NCBI GenBank assembly: GCA_013214355.1
Contig: JABSSL010000029.1
Location: 13,626-77,625, forward strand
Source of the DNA: Saprospiraceae bacterium
GTDB lineage: Bacteria > Bacteroidota > Bacteroidia > Chitinophagales > Saprospiraceae
DNA: 64,000 nucleotides
Reading direction: 5' to 3'
The translations under genes were made by a program, and so were the position numbers. The notes below the pieces were generated by a model that made no database searches, was not told where the DNA came from, and saw nothing but the letters and a program-made list of their open reading frames with translations. This document shows, piece after piece, positions 19,400-29,403 of this stretch. How positions within the stretch are numbered: position 1 is the stretch's first letter; the number at the start of each line of letters is the position of its first letter.

Positions 19400-20263
19400 A
19401 TGATACCTGCACCCTTTGAGTATGATGCACCAGCCACGCTGGATGAAGCTATCGCTCTTCTCGAGAAGCATGGTGATGAAGCCAAAATACTAGCGGGGGG
19501 TCACAGTCTCATTCCAATGATGAAGCTACGATTTGCTTCACCGGAGCATTTGATTGACATCAATAATATCCCGGGGCTTTCGTACATCAAGGAAGAAGAT
19601 GGCTACCTGAAGATAGGCGCCATGACCCGCGAATCAGAGCTAGAAGAAAGCGAAATCATCCGTAGCAAATATCCCATCTTTACGGATGCATCTAAGTTGA
19701 TTGCAGATCCTCAGGTCCGAAACATGGGTACTATTGGCGGAAACATTGCCCACGGTGATGCAGCCAATGACCATCCTGCCGTAATGCTTGCCTTGAAAGC
19801 CGAGGTAGTAGCCACCGGTCCAGGCGGCCAGCGTGTAATTCCCATCGACGAATTCTTCTACGGCTTTTACATGACCGCACTTCAACCCAACGAAATCTTA
19901 ACCGAAATTAGAATACCAAGTGTAGGAGCAGGTACGGGCAATGCCTATCACAAGTTAGAACGTAAAGTAGGTGATTACGCTACAGCCGGTGTTGCGGCAC
20001 AAATTGCGGTAGATGCTGATGGTATTTGCACCTATGCTGGAATTGGTCTTACCAATGTCAATGCCACTCCGCTCAGAGCGGCTAGATCCGAAGAAGCTTT
20101 AGTAGGTAAAAAACTTACTGAAGAGACTATTGCAGCTGCGGCACAAGCTGCTTCTGAGGATTGTAATCCTTCTACCGATTTACGAGGAAGTGAAGAATAC
20201 AAACGCTCTATGGTCCGCGTGCTTGTTAAGCGCATGATCAACAAGGCAACCGATCGAATTTAG
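19400..20263 (+). CDS. coxM: Aerobic CO dehydrogenase medium (FAD) subunit
   Basis: 'MIPAPFEY', '[13 protein letters not shown]', 'GTIGGN...ANDHPA' and 'KVGDYATA'. Confidence 0.93.
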   Translation: MIPAPFEYDAPATLDEAIALLEKHGDEAKILAGGHSLIPMMKLRFASPEHLIDINNIPGLSYIKEEDGYLKIGAMTRESELEESEIIRSKYPIFTDASKLIADPQVRNMGTIGGNIAHGDAANDHPAVMLALKAEVVATGPGGQRVIPIDEFFYGFYMTALQPNEILTEIRIPSVGAGTGNAYHKLERKVGDYATAGVAAQIAVDADGICTYAGIGLTNVNATPLRAARSEEALVGKKLTEETIAAAAQAASEDCNPSTDLRGSEEYKRSMVRVLVKRMINKATDRI

Positions 20264-20288
20264 GTCATATTTAAATTTCAATTTGATT

Positions 20289-20792
20289 ATGAAAAAAGAA
20301 ATAACTGTAACCATCAATGGAGAAGCTCATACAGTAGAAGTGGAGCCTCGCTTATTGTTGGTACACCTCATAAGAGAGCAGCTTAGCATGACCGGAACGC
20401 ATATCGGTTGTGATACTTCAAGTTGTGGAGCATGTACCATTTTAGTTGACGGGAAATCTATCAAATCCTGTACGATGTTGGCCATTCAAGCTGACGGAAA
20501 GTCAATTATCACAGTGGAAGGGCTAGCTACAGTAGAAGGGCTACATCCATTACAAGAAGGCTTTAAGGAAAACCACGGCTTGCACTGTGGCTTCTGCACT
20601 CCAGGCATGATGCTAAGAGCCGTAGAGCTATTGGAAAAGAATCCTAACCCTACCGAAGAGGAAATCCGTTGGGGCATCTCTGGAAATCTATGTCGCTGCA
20701 CAGGCTACAATAACATCGTGAAGGCCATCCAATATGCAGGTGCTAAGATTAGAGGGGAAGAGCTTCCTTCTACGGAGCCGGAATTCGTTTAG
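20289..20792 (+). CDS. coxS: Aerobic CO dehydrogenase small (2Fe-2S) subunit
   Basis: '[10 protein letters not shown]...C' and 'CGFCTPG...NLCRCTGY'. Confidence 0.95.
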   Translation: MKKEITVTINGEAHTVEVEPRLLLVHLIREQLSMTGTHIGCDTSSCGACTILVDGKSIKSCTMLAIQADGKSIITVEGLATVEGLHPLQEGFKENHGLHCGFCTPGMMLRAVELLEKNPNPTEEEIRWGISGNLCRCTGYNNIVKAIQYAGAKIRGEELPSTEPEFV

Positions 20793-20815
20793 TTTAAATT
20801 GACAATTATCACATC

Positions 20816-23185
20816 ATGATAAAGTGTAAAACATCAAAGGCCATCGGAGGAATGGGTCACTCCATCAAGAGAAAGGAGGACGCTCGTTTTATCCAAGGCA
20901 AAGGCAATTATGTAGATGACATCAAATTGCCCGGCATGCTGCATATGGATATTGTTCGTAGCCCCTATGCTTATGCTAAAATCAAAAGCATCAATGCCGA
21001 GGAAGCGCTTAAGATTCCTGGCGTAATTGCGGTTGTGACAGGGAAAGATCTGGAAAAATACAATTTGCACTGGATGCCGACCCTAATGTCGGATACGCAA
21101 ATGGTATTGCCAACTGACACTGTGATGTACCAAGCTCAGGAAGTAGCGGCTGTTATTGCTACTGACCGCTATGCTGCACGAGATGGTAAAGAGGCTGTAA
21201 TGGTTGACTACGAGCCGATGAAGCCCGTCATTGATCCATTCAAGGCGCTGGATGAAGATGCCCCTGTCTTACGCACAGACAAGGAAGGAAAAACAGATAA
21301 TCACATCTGGAACTGGAGCGTGGGTGACAAGGAAGCTACAGATAAGCTGTTCGACTCCGCAGACGTAACCGTTAAGGAACAAATGCACATTCCTAGAATA
21401 CACGTTGCTTCCATCGAAACCTGTGGTTGTGTGGCTGACTACAATAAAGTAGAGAACCACTTGACCATGTACATGACTACTCAAGCACCTCACGCTATTC
21501 GTACCGTGATTGCATTAGTAGCTGGACATGTAGGCTTGACAGAAGAAAAAGTTCGGGTCATTTCTCCTGATATTGGAGGAGGATTCGGTGGTAAGGTACC
21601 TGTATATCCAGGTTACGTAATCGCCATTGCTGTTTCCTTCCTAGTTGGAAAGCCCGTCAAATGGGTAGAGGATAGAAGCGAAAACCTACAGGCCGATTCC
21701 TTCGCACGAGACTACCACATCACCGCCGAAATGGCCGCTACTAAAGAAGGTAAAATCCAAGGTATCCGATTTAAGCTCTTAGCAGACCATGGATATACCG
21801 ATGCAGCAGCCAATCCTTCTAAGTTTCCAACCGGTCTCTTCTCGATCTGTACAGGATCTTATGACTATGGTACAGCTTATCTTGAAGCTGATGCAGTATA
21901 CACGAACAAGCCTCCAGGAGGAGTAGCCTATCGTTGTTCTTTCCGGGTAACCGAAGCCGTACACGCCATTGAAAGGATTACCGATCGTCTAGCCCTAGAG
22001 ATTGGTAAAGACCCCGCCCAATTGCGTTTTGAAAATTTCATCAAGAAAGAAGACTTCCCTTGGAAATCTCCAACAGGCTGGGAATACGATAGTGGTGATT
22101 ACCATGCTGGATTACAGAAGGCAATGGATGCTATCGACTATGAGGGTCTTCGTAAAGAGCAGGCTGAAAAGAGAGCTCGCGGAGAAATGATGGGTATCGG
22201 TATATCTACTTTTACGGAGATTGTAGGTGCAGGTCCATCTAAAGATTTCGATATCCTGGGTATTAAGATGTTCGATAGTGCTGAGATTCGTGTACACCCA
22301 ACGGGCAAAGCCATTGCTAGATTTGGTACCAAATCACAAGGACAAGGTCACGAGACTACTTATGCACAGATCATCGCGGAAGAATTAGGTATTCCAGCGG
22401 AGCATATTCAAATTGAAGAAGGCGATACAGATACCGCTCCTTATGGACTGGGTACCTACGCCAGTAGAAGTACACCAACCGCAGGTGCAGCCGCAGCCGT
22501 GGCCGCGCGAAAGTTGAGAGACAAAGCCCGTAAAATCGCCGCTTACCTTCTGGAAGTAAGTGAAGAGGACTTGGAATGGGAACCTGGTAAATTCTTTGTA
22601 AAAGGAGCACCAGAAAAAGCAAAAACTATCCAAGAAATTGTTTTTGCTGCCTACACCAACCATCCACAAGGTATGGAAGCTGGTTTTGAGGCTACTCACT
22701 ACTATGATCCACCAAACTTAACCTTCCCATCAGGTGCCTATATCTGTGTCGTGGACATTGATAAGGAAACTTGCGAAATCAAAGTTCGACGTTTCGTAGC
22801 GATTGATGACTGCGGGAACATCATTAATCCAATGATCGTACAGGGTCAGGTACATGGGGGGCTTACCCAAGGCATTGCACCAGCCATGTATGAAGAGTTA
22901 ATCTACGACGAAGATGGCAATATTCTAAATGGTACCCTAATGGACTACCTAGTACCAACCGCGGTAGAATCTCCAAGTTGGGAAACGGGTCACACCATCA
23001 CTCCTTCTCCTCACCACCCAATCGGTGCAAAAGGTGTCGGAGAATCTCCAACGGTAGGGGCTCCACCAGCTATCGCGAACGCGATTGTCGATGCATTGAG
23101 CCCTTATGGCATTACACACATGGATATTCCGATCACTCCTTATAAGGTGTGGAAAGTACTGAAAGAGAAAGGAGTTGTAGAATAA
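20816..23185 (+). CDS. coxL: Aerobic CO dehydrogenase large subunit, form I (Mo-Cu)
   Basis: Form I active-site motif 'AYRCSFR'; also 'GGGFGGK', 'QGQGHET' and 'GAKGVGE'. Confidence 0.97.
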   Translation: MIKCKTSKAIGGMGHSIKRKEDARFIQGKGNYVDDIKLPGMLHMDIVRSPYAYAKIKSINAEEALKIPGVIAVVTGKDLEKYNLHWMPTLMSDTQMVLPTDTVMYQAQEVAAVIATDRYAARDGKEAVMVDYEPMKPVIDPFKALDEDAPVLRTDKEGKTDNHIWNWSVGDKEATDKLFDSADVTVKEQMHIPRIHVASIETCGCVADYNKVENHLTMYMTTQAPHAIRTVIALVAGHVGLTEEKVRVISPDIGGGFGGKVPVYPGYVIAIAVSFLVGKPVKWVEDRSENLQADSFARDYHITAEMAATKEGKIQGIRFKLLADHGYTDAAANPSKFPTGLFSICTGSYDYGTAYLEADAVYTNKPPGGVAYRCSFRVTEAVHAIERITDRLALEIGKDPAQLRFENFIKKEDFPWKSPTGWEYDSGDYHAGLQKAMDAIDYEGLRKEQAEKRARGEMMGIGISTFTEIVGAGPSKDFDILGIKMFDSAEIRVHPTGKAIARFGTKSQGQGHETTYAQIIAEELGIPAEHIQIEEGDTDTAPYGLGTYASRSTPTAGAAAAVAARKLRDKARKIAAYLLEVSEEDLEWEPGKFFVKGAPEKAKTIQEIVFAAYTNHPQGMEAGFEATHYYDPPNLTFPSGAYICVVDIDKETCEIKVRRFVAIDDCGNIINPMIVQGQVHGGLTQGIAPAMYEELIYDEDGNILNGTLMDYLVPTAVESPSWETGHTITPSPHHPIGAKGVGESPTVGAPPAIANAIVDALSPYGITHMDIPITPYKVWKVLKEKGVVE

Positions 23186-23199
23186 AAATCTATTCATAT

Positions 23200-23226
23200 G
23201 GAGGGAGAGTCATAGGCTCTCTCTCC
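23200..23226 (+). terminator. Hairpin after coxL (mRNA stabiliser or partial terminator)
   Basis: GGAGGGAGAGTC-ATA-GGCTCTCTCTCC stem with no U-tract. Confidence 0.5.
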
Positions 23227-23240
23227 CTAGCTTAAGAAAT

Positions 23241-23828
23241 ATGAGAACGACAATAAAAAAAGATTTTTCCGTAGAAGAACCGATTGAAAAGGTTTGGGAT
23301 TATCTAGCTAACCCTACTAAGATTGTCAGCTGTGTTCCTGGTGCTGCCATCACAGAAGAAATCGACGATCGCAATTTCAAAGGGGAAGTCACCATGAAAT
23401 TTGGGCCAGTAAAGGCTAAATATAGTGGAGAAATCGCCATCCAAGAATTAGACCTGGAAGCCAAGAAAATGGTCATGAAAGGCCGTGGCTTGGATTCCAA
23501 AGGAAAAGGTAGTGCCGACATGATTATGAATGGCAACCTTACGCCTACGGAGAAAGGAACTGATGTTCAATTCTCAATGGAAGTATCCATTATCGGAATG
23601 CTAGCTCAATTTGGATCTCGCTTAATCAATGATGTATCCGATCAGTTGCTGAATCAATTTGTCACCAATTTCAAGGCTAAATTGGCGGGTGCCGAAGAAG
23701 TTGACAATAGCATTAACGCCGGTGCTATGGTTGGTACAATTGTGAAAAACAAAATTGGCGGCTTGTTTAGTGGCAAGAAGGATAAGGCACAGGAAGAACA
23801 AAAGCCAAAGGAAGAAGCTAGCAAATGA
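23241..23828 (+). CDS. coxG: CoxG (SRPBCC) protein
   Basis: 'VWDYLANPTKIVSCVPGA' and 'GMLAQFGSRLI'. Confidence 0.9.
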   Translation: MRTTIKKDFSVEEPIEKVWDYLANPTKIVSCVPGAAITEEIDDRNFKGEVTMKFGPVKAKYSGEIAIQELDLEAKKMVMKGRGLDSKGKGSADMIMNGNLTPTEKGTDVQFSMEVSIIGMLAQFGSRLINDVSDQLLNQFVTNFKAKLAGAEEVDNSINAGAMVGTIVKNKIGGLFSGKKDKAQEEQKPKEEASK

Positions 23829-24700
23829 CAAATACGAGTTCAATTCAACAAGAATTTGATCAGTTTGGCTATGTACTGGATGAGGAATTGGCAACGGTCC
23901 TATTCCTCACCTTACATTTACAGAAACCATTATTACTGGAAGGGCCTCCTGGTGTTGGTAAGACGGAAGTAGCCAACGTCCTGGCCCAAGCTTTAGATAC
24001 GCAACTGATCCGCCTTCAATGTTACGAAGGCCTGGATGTAAATGCAGCTGTATACGAGTGGAACTACCAGAAGCAGCTGTTGTCCATAAAGCTTCAAGAA
24101 GGATCGCAAAAATCTGAGGCAGAAAAGGAGTCTCACATTTTTGGAGAGGATTTTTTGCTTCAACGTCCTTTGCTCCGGGCCATTACGGCTACCGAGAAGT
24201 CCCCGGTTTTACTTATTGACGAAATAGATCGAGCTGACGAAGAGTTCGAAGCCTTTTTACTAGAACTCCTGTCCGCTTTCCAAATTAGTATACCGGAAAT
24301 GGGGACGATCAAAGCCACACATAAGCCTTTGGTCATCCTCACTTCCAACCGAACACGGGAGTTAAGCGACGCCCTAAAACGACGCTGCCTATATCACTGG
24401 GTGTCTTACCCGGATCTTCCACGAGAACTACGGATTGTGCAGAAACATCTGCCTCAATTAGACAAACAGCTATCCGAAAATCTAGTGCGGATTGTGCAGG
24501 TACTGAGAGAACGAAAGTTAAACAAAGTACCTGGCATTGCCGAGACCTTGGATTGGGTCAACGCATTGGTGGCCTTACAAGCTACTAATCCCAATGCGGA
24601 TGATTTAGCGCGTAGTTTAGGTTGTCTGCTGAAGTCAGCAGATGATATCGAAATGGTTAAAGCGAGTGGGCTAGAAGAGTTACTCGCCGTATCTGAATAA
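23825..24700 (+). CDS. coxD: CoxD MoxR-family AAA+ ATPase
   Basis: 'LLEGPPGVGKT', 'RLQCYEGLD', 'LLIDEIDR' and 'ALKRRC'. Confidence 0.92.
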   Translation: MTNTSSIQQEFDQFGYVLDEELATVLFLTLHLQKPLLLEGPPGVGKTEVANVLAQALDTQLIRLQCYEGLDVNAAVYEWNYQKQLLSIKLQEGSQKSEAEKESHIFGEDFLLQRPLLRAITATEKSPVLLIDEIDRADEEFEAFLLELLSAFQISIPEMGTIKATHKPLVILTSNRTRELSDALKRRCLYHWVSYPDLPRELRIVQKHLPQLDKQLSENLVRIVQVLRERKLNKVPGIAETLDWVNALVALQATNPNADDLARSLGCLLKSADDIEMVKASGLEELLAVSE

Positions 24701-24707
24701 AGCAGCC

Positions 24708-25853
24708 ATGGCCGACTATCCACATTTCACCCAATTCGAAAGTCTCCCAGAAGCCGTAACAGCATTCTGCCAGTTGGCCAGAGAAAACGGGTTAAATGTG
24801 GGGCTACAAGAGAATATGGATGCGCTTCGTATGGCTCAGCTAGAGCCCTTGAATGATCGCATTGCTTTCGGGTATGCCTTAAAGGCCATCTGCTGCTGTA
24901 GCGAAGAAGAAAGGGCACAGTTTGATACGCTGTACGAATGGTTTTGGGGATGGGAAAAAGGAGCCTTGAAAGCCAAAACGGTTTTCAAGAACCAATCCAA
25001 TATCCAAAAGAAAACACCTGCATCTCTAGTTATGATGGGGGTGGGTCAGCAGCAAGCTGGCCAGGAAGAAGAAGCTAGAAATGTTTCGGGTGCCAATAGA
25101 GTCGAAAGACTTCGCAAGACTGACTTCTCGAAGATCGAGGAAATGGATAGCGAACTGCTAGAGGAAATTGCTTTGAAGTTATGGAAGCAAATGAGTCTGC
25201 GGTTAAAACGCAAAATGAAGGCTTCTACCACCAAAGGACCGCTTAACCTGCGACAGATTATCCGATACAGCATCAGCACAGGAGGAGACCCTATTCGCTT
25301 ATTTCGGAAGAACAAAAAACCACGCAAGCAGCGGCTAATTGTGCTTTTGGATGTGAGTGGGTCAATGGATAAATACAGCTTTTTCCTTTTGCGATTCATC
25401 TGTGCCTTACGAGTTCATTTCGAAAAGGTAGAGGCATTTCTATTCAGCACCAATTTGATACGGATTACCGAATATCTTTCCGCCAGCAATCTAGCTACAA
25501 CCCTAAACATACTGTCAGCAAAGGCGGATAATTGGTCAAGCGGCACAAAAATTGGAGCATGCTTTCGGGATTTCAATGAGGAGCACGCAAAACGAATGCT
25601 AAATGGCCAATCCACCGTCATCATATTAAGTGATGGTCTAGATACCGGAGAACCGGAAGTACTTTATGAAGAGGTGCAAAAAATACGCAGGCGCACCAAA
25701 CGCCTGATTTGGCTGAATCCCCTAAAAGGGATGAGAGGATACGAACCTACCCAGAGAGGTATGAAGGCGGCCTTACCAGCCGTGGACATTTTTAAATCTG
25801 CCCACAACCTGGACAGCATTTTAGAATTGGAAAAATTCCTATTGGATGTTTAA
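24708..25853 (+). CDS. coxE: CoxE VWA-domain protein
   Basis: MIDAS 'DVSGSM', 'WSSGTKIG', 'ILSDGLD' and 'WLNPL'. Confidence 0.92.
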   Translation: MADYPHFTQFESLPEAVTAFCQLARENGLNVGLQENMDALRMAQLEPLNDRIAFGYALKAICCCSEEERAQFDTLYEWFWGWEKGALKAKTVFKNQSNIQKKTPASLVMMGVGQQQAGQEEEARNVSGANRVERLRKTDFSKIEEMDSELLEEIALKLWKQMSLRLKRKMKASTTKGPLNLRQIIRYSISTGGDPIRLFRKNKKPRKQRLIVLLDVSGSMDKYSFFLLRFICALRVHFEKVEAFLFSTNLIRITEYLSASNLATTLNILSAKADNWSSGTKIGACFRDFNEEHAKRMLNGQSTVIILSDGLDTGEPEVLYEEVQKIRRRTKRLIWLNPLKGMRGYEPTQRGMKAALPAVDIFKSAHNLDSILELEKFLLDV

Positions 25854-26835
25854 TGAATTTCTGACAGCAACGGAGTCCCTTTATAAAGAAAAAGAGCCAT
25901 TCGCTTGGGCTTTTATCATCAACCGAACGATCCCCTCCTCGGGTAAGCCGGGAGATAAGGCCATCATCAAGCGGGATGGAACTTTGATCGGCTGGATTGG
26001 CGGAGGGTGCACCCGGGGTATTGTGCTCAAAGAGGCCCAAGCGGCCATCAATGATGGGAAACCACGCTTGGTGAAAATCGCCCCTGATCAAACAGAAGAG
26101 CAGAAAGCCGGTGTTCAAACTTATACCATGACCTGTCAAAGCGGAGGAGCTGTGGAAGTATACATAGAACCAGTTTTACCACGTCCCCATCTAGTAATTA
26201 TGGGGAAATCACATGTAGCCATGGCCTTGGCCAAATTGGGAAAAGCTATGGATTATCAAGTATCTGTGGTCGCCTCCCATGCAGATAAGGTGAGCTTCCC
26301 TACCGCAGACCAGATCATGGATAGCCAGGAGTTACCAGCCGAACATATCCAGCCCAACTCCTGTATTATCGTTTCCACCCAAGGGGAAGGAGATGAAATT
26401 GCTTTAGAACAAGCTATTAAGTCAAAACCCATATACCTTGCTTTCGTAGCCAGTATGCGTAAAGCGAACGCCATTTTTACCGAGTTGCGACAAAGAGGAA
26501 TAACTTTTGACCAACTAAAGGGTATCAAAACCCCTGCAGGCTTGGATATCAAAGCCAAATTACCAGAAGAAGTGGCGGTTAGTATTCTGGCAGAAATCAT
26601 ACAATTAATTCGGGGAGAGGAGATTCAAATCGAGGTGGGAGAGGCTCAGCCGCCTGCACAATCTGCTCAATTAAATGAGGATCTATTCATCAATCCTGTA
26701 TGTGGGATACCTGTACAAAAAAGTACAGCTAAACATATCTTGGAATACCAGGGAAAAAAGGTTTATTTTTGTTGCGATGGCTGTAAGGTGAGTTTTGAAA
26801 AAGAACCCGAAAAATACGCTATGAAATTGGAATAG
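25846..26835 (+). CDS. coxF: CoxF/XdhC-family maturation factor with C-terminal YHS (TRASH) metal-binding domain
   Basis: 'GWIGGGC', 'MTCQSGG' and 'TPAGLDI...PEEVAVS'; YHS 'NPVCG...YFCCDGC...PEKY'. Confidence 0.85.
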   Translation: MFNEFLTATESLYKEKEPFAWAFIINRTIPSSGKPGDKAIIKRDGTLIGWIGGGCTRGIVLKEAQAAINDGKPRLVKIAPDQTEEQKAGVQTYTMTCQSGGAVEVYIEPVLPRPHLVIMGKSHVAMALAKLGKAMDYQVSVVASHADKVSFPTADQIMDSQELPAEHIQPNSCIIVSTQGEGDEIALEQAIKSKPIYLAFVASMRKANAIFTELRQRGITFDQLKGIKTPAGLDIKAKLPEEVAVSILAEIIQLIRGEEIQIEVGEAQPPAQSAQLNEDLFINPVCGIPVQKSTAKHILEYQGKKVYFCCDGCKVSFEKEPEKYAMKLE

Positions 26836-26840
26836 ATCAC

Positions 26841-27473
26841 ATGAAAAATACCAAGCAAAAGATATTAGACGCCGCTCTTTCCTTATTTAATCGTGATGGG
26901 TATGTCAATGTAAGACTACAACATATAGCGGATAAAGCAGGAATGAGCATTGGAAACCAAGGGTATCATTTCAAGCACAAAGAGGAAATGTTACTAGCCA
27001 TTTATCAAGGATTGAGCGCAGAGCAGCGAAAACTACTAACAGACACCAGCCTTAGTCCAATCTTCGCTAATTTTGATTTTTTCATATCATCCCTTTTTGA
27101 ACTTCAACAAAAATTTGCGTTTTTCTATCTAGATATGCTCGAATTGACTCGGGCAAATGAGCAATTAAAATCCCAACAACAAGAACTAATTCAGTGGCAA
27201 CAAACTCAGTTGACCCTATTGCTAGAAATGCATCAAGCTAGAGGTGTCCTTAACTGGGAAGATTCAGACGTTAGTTTGGAAGAAACAGCACAGCATGTGT
27301 GGCGCATAATGGATTTCTGGCTCATTATGCAAAAGGTAGAGGGAAAGAATACAGCTGACTTTCAGGCCTACCGACGGAGTGTGTGGGGAGTAGTCAAACC
27401 CTTCTTCACGGGGCAAGGCGTCATTGAGTTTGATCAACTAAATGCTTTACAAGAACCCATTAAACTAAGCTAA
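26841..27473 (+). CDS. TetR/AcrR-family transcriptional regulator
   Basis: 'TKQKILDAALSLFN...IADKAGMS...YHFKHKEE' HTH. Confidence 0.92.
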   Translation: MKNTKQKILDAALSLFNRDGYVNVRLQHIADKAGMSIGNQGYHFKHKEEMLLAIYQGLSAEQRKLLTDTSLSPIFANFDFFISSLFELQQKFAFFYLDMLELTRANEQLKSQQQELIQWQQTQLTLLLEMHQARGVLNWEDSDVSLEETAQHVWRIMDFWLIMQKVEGKNTADFQAYRRSVWGVVKPFFTGQGVIEFDQLNALQEPIKLS

Positions 27474-27477
27474 GTCC

Positions 27478-28956
27478 ATGACAGGCGTAAGTGCAACGAC
27501 GATTGCAGGCCAAGTAGAAAAAGAGTTGGAAGCCGATGTGTACATCAATCGCAACGGGCAAGTCATGCGTGCTACCCTAAGATCTGGTTTGTACCAGGGG
27601 GATAAGGGAATTTTGATGGAACAACGGCCGGAAGCTGCCTGTAGACTTACTGCGCATTTATTTGGTTTTTGTGGAGGATCTCATCAGCAAGCGGCCGCCA
27701 AGGCCTTGGAGAATGCATGGAACATTGAAGGAATGCCTGCGAATGCCATTTTGCTACGCCAGATCACGCAGGCCGCCGAGATCATGCAAAATATACCGCG
27801 TTGGTTCTATTCCAACTTTGCCCATGATCTCACCAGTACAAAATATAGCCAAACCCTACTCTACCCTGCTATAGTTGAACGTTTTGCCTTTATCAAAGGC
27901 TCCTCCTTTCGCAAAGGACTCATGGCAAGTGCCTATCCCATCAGCTTGTATTCTACCATCGCGGGCCAATGGCCCCAAGCAGATTTTGCTACTCCTGGTG
28001 GAGTTTCGACAAATTTCCAGGTACAAAACCTCAGCCAAGCCTTTTCTATATTAGAAAAATATCGCTCAGAGTGGCTGGAGCCAGTTTGGTTGGGATGCAG
28101 TGTAGAGCGTTATCTGCAAATTCAAACTTGGCAGGAACTCATGGAATGGCTGGAGGAAAAACCTGCTCATCGAAATAGTGATCTTGGCTTATTTGTCAGA
28201 GGAGCGCTGGGCTACAATTGGGATAAAATAGGAGCTGGTATTGGTAAATTTCTTTCCTATGGCCTCTATGGAGAGTCAATGCTATCACCCGCCGGAGCTG
28301 CGGAAGCTCAATCGGTTCCAGGCGGTTTCTACAATGGTCAGACTATTGAACAGGTAGATGCCATGCTGATCAGGGCGGAGATGGAAAAGGGAAATGCCCA
28401 TTTCCAATACCAAAATCAAATGGTTGAAGTAGGTCCCTTGGCACGTCAAGTACTCGCTTGTCAAGGTCCTGATCGGACACAGGCACCAACGGGCTTAATT
28501 TGGGATATATTACAAGAAAAAGGGCCAAGTGTGTTTCTACGCGTCTTAGCGCGTATGCACGAATCGGCTTTCTTTTTCCAAAAAATCCAACATTGGCTTT
28601 CTAAACTTGATCTTTCCGAAAATTTCAATGTAGATTTCAGTAGGTACAAACAAAGCATGATGGGCTTGGGACTCACTGAAGCCCCCCGAGGTGCGCTCGC
28701 ACATTTAACGACTACGAATAGCCAACAGATAGAAGGGTATCAAATCTTAGCCCCTACACTAGTTAATATCAACAATGGTACAAAACCCAAGGAGCAATCA
28801 GCCTTAGCTGTGGCTCTGAACGGACTTATTATAGAAAATCTAGAGAACCCGGTAGAGGTAGCTACCATAGCTCGATCCCTAGATACCTGTCTCAATTGTA
28901 AAGTGAATTTGTATAAGCACCGATCCGAAAAACAGATTGCCACCATAGCCCTGTAG
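27478..28956 (+). CDS. Degenerate [NiFe]-hydrogenase large-subunit paralogue (group 2a/HupL-derived, non-canonical metal motifs)
   Basis: HupL-like segments 'IPRWFY..FA.DL', 'GQWP', 'PGGV', 'WLEPVWLGCSVERY', 'SDLGLF', 'EVGPLAR' and 'EAPRG'. L1 reads 'HLFGFCGGSH' and L2 reads 'DTCLNCKVN'. Confidence 0.85.
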   Translation: MTGVSATTIAGQVEKELEADVYINRNGQVMRATLRSGLYQGDKGILMEQRPEAACRLTAHLFGFCGGSHQQAAAKALENAWNIEGMPANAILLRQITQAAEIMQNIPRWFYSNFAHDLTSTKYSQTLLYPAIVERFAFIKGSSFRKGLMASAYPISLYSTIAGQWPQADFATPGGVSTNFQVQNLSQAFSILEKYRSEWLEPVWLGCSVERYLQIQTWQELMEWLEEKPAHRNSDLGLFVRGALGYNWDKIGAGIGKFLSYGLYGESMLSPAGAAEAQSVPGGFYNGQTIEQVDAMLIRAEMEKGNAHFQYQNQMVEVGPLARQVLACQGPDRTQAPTGLIWDILQEKGPSVFLRVLARMHESAFFFQKIQHWLSKLDLSENFNVDFSRYKQSMMGLGLTEAPRGALAHLTTTNSQQIEGYQILAPTLVNINNGTKPKEQSALAVALNGLIIENLENPVEVATIARSLDTCLNCKVNLYKHRSEKQIATIAL

Positions 28957-29102
28957 TCTTAAAAGAGCCCTTTATCCCCTAAAATGCCTCTTTTAAGACA
29001 ACTTACAACCGTAACTGATCCTGGAATTTTAAAATATTCTATAGTTTAAGAACAATTTTCCATCATAAGTTTTATAGTAGAGGCATTTGCCAAAACATAT
29101 AA

Positions 29103-29110
29103 TACCTTTG
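29103..29110 (+). promoter_or_regulatory. Bacteroidota -7 promoter box for hypCD
   Basis: TACCTTTG matches TAnnTTTG and lies about 25 nt before the hypC ATG. Confidence 0.55.
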
Positions 29111-29134
29111 AGGGTGGATAAACAAAACTGCCTT

Positions 29135-29392
29135 ATGTGTCTAGCCATTCCTGGAAAAATCAAATCCATCACTAGTACGGATGGGATGATACGCACTGCC
29201 AAAGTCGTATTTGGCAATATCATCAAAGAAGCTTTTTTAGATATGGTTCCCAATGCTAAAGAGGGCGATTATGTACTTGTGCATGCCGGAGTAGCCATTA
29301 ATGTAGTCAATGAGTTAGAAGCAAAGCGCACCTTTTCTTATTTGAAACGCTATGGGGGACTGGAAGACCTCATCCCCGAAAAAGCTGGTTAA
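29135..29392 (+). CDS. hypC: Hydrogenase maturation chaperone HypC
   Basis: True start 'MCLAIPG' at ATG 29135; 'GDYVLVHAGVAI'. Confidence 0.93.
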   Translation: MCLAIPGKIKSITSTDGMIRTAKVVFGNIIKEAFLDMVPNAKEGDYVLVHAGVAINVVNELEAKRTFSYLKRYGGLEDLIPEKAG

Positions 29393-29403
29393 TCTAGCCG
29401 TGC

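Noticed and set aside
20816..23185. Xanthine dehydrogenase or form II CoxL
   Set aside because: The motif is AYRCSFR (form I), not AYxGAGR, and the gene order is M-S-L.
27478..28956. Functional uptake [NiFe]-hydrogenase
   Set aside because: The first Cys of L1, the catalytic Glu context (RVEG) and the L2 His are altered, and no small subunit is present.
29087..29134. N-terminal extension on HypC given by the ORF track
   Set aside because: HypC needs an N-terminal Cys (MCLAIPG), and a promoter box lies inside the extension.
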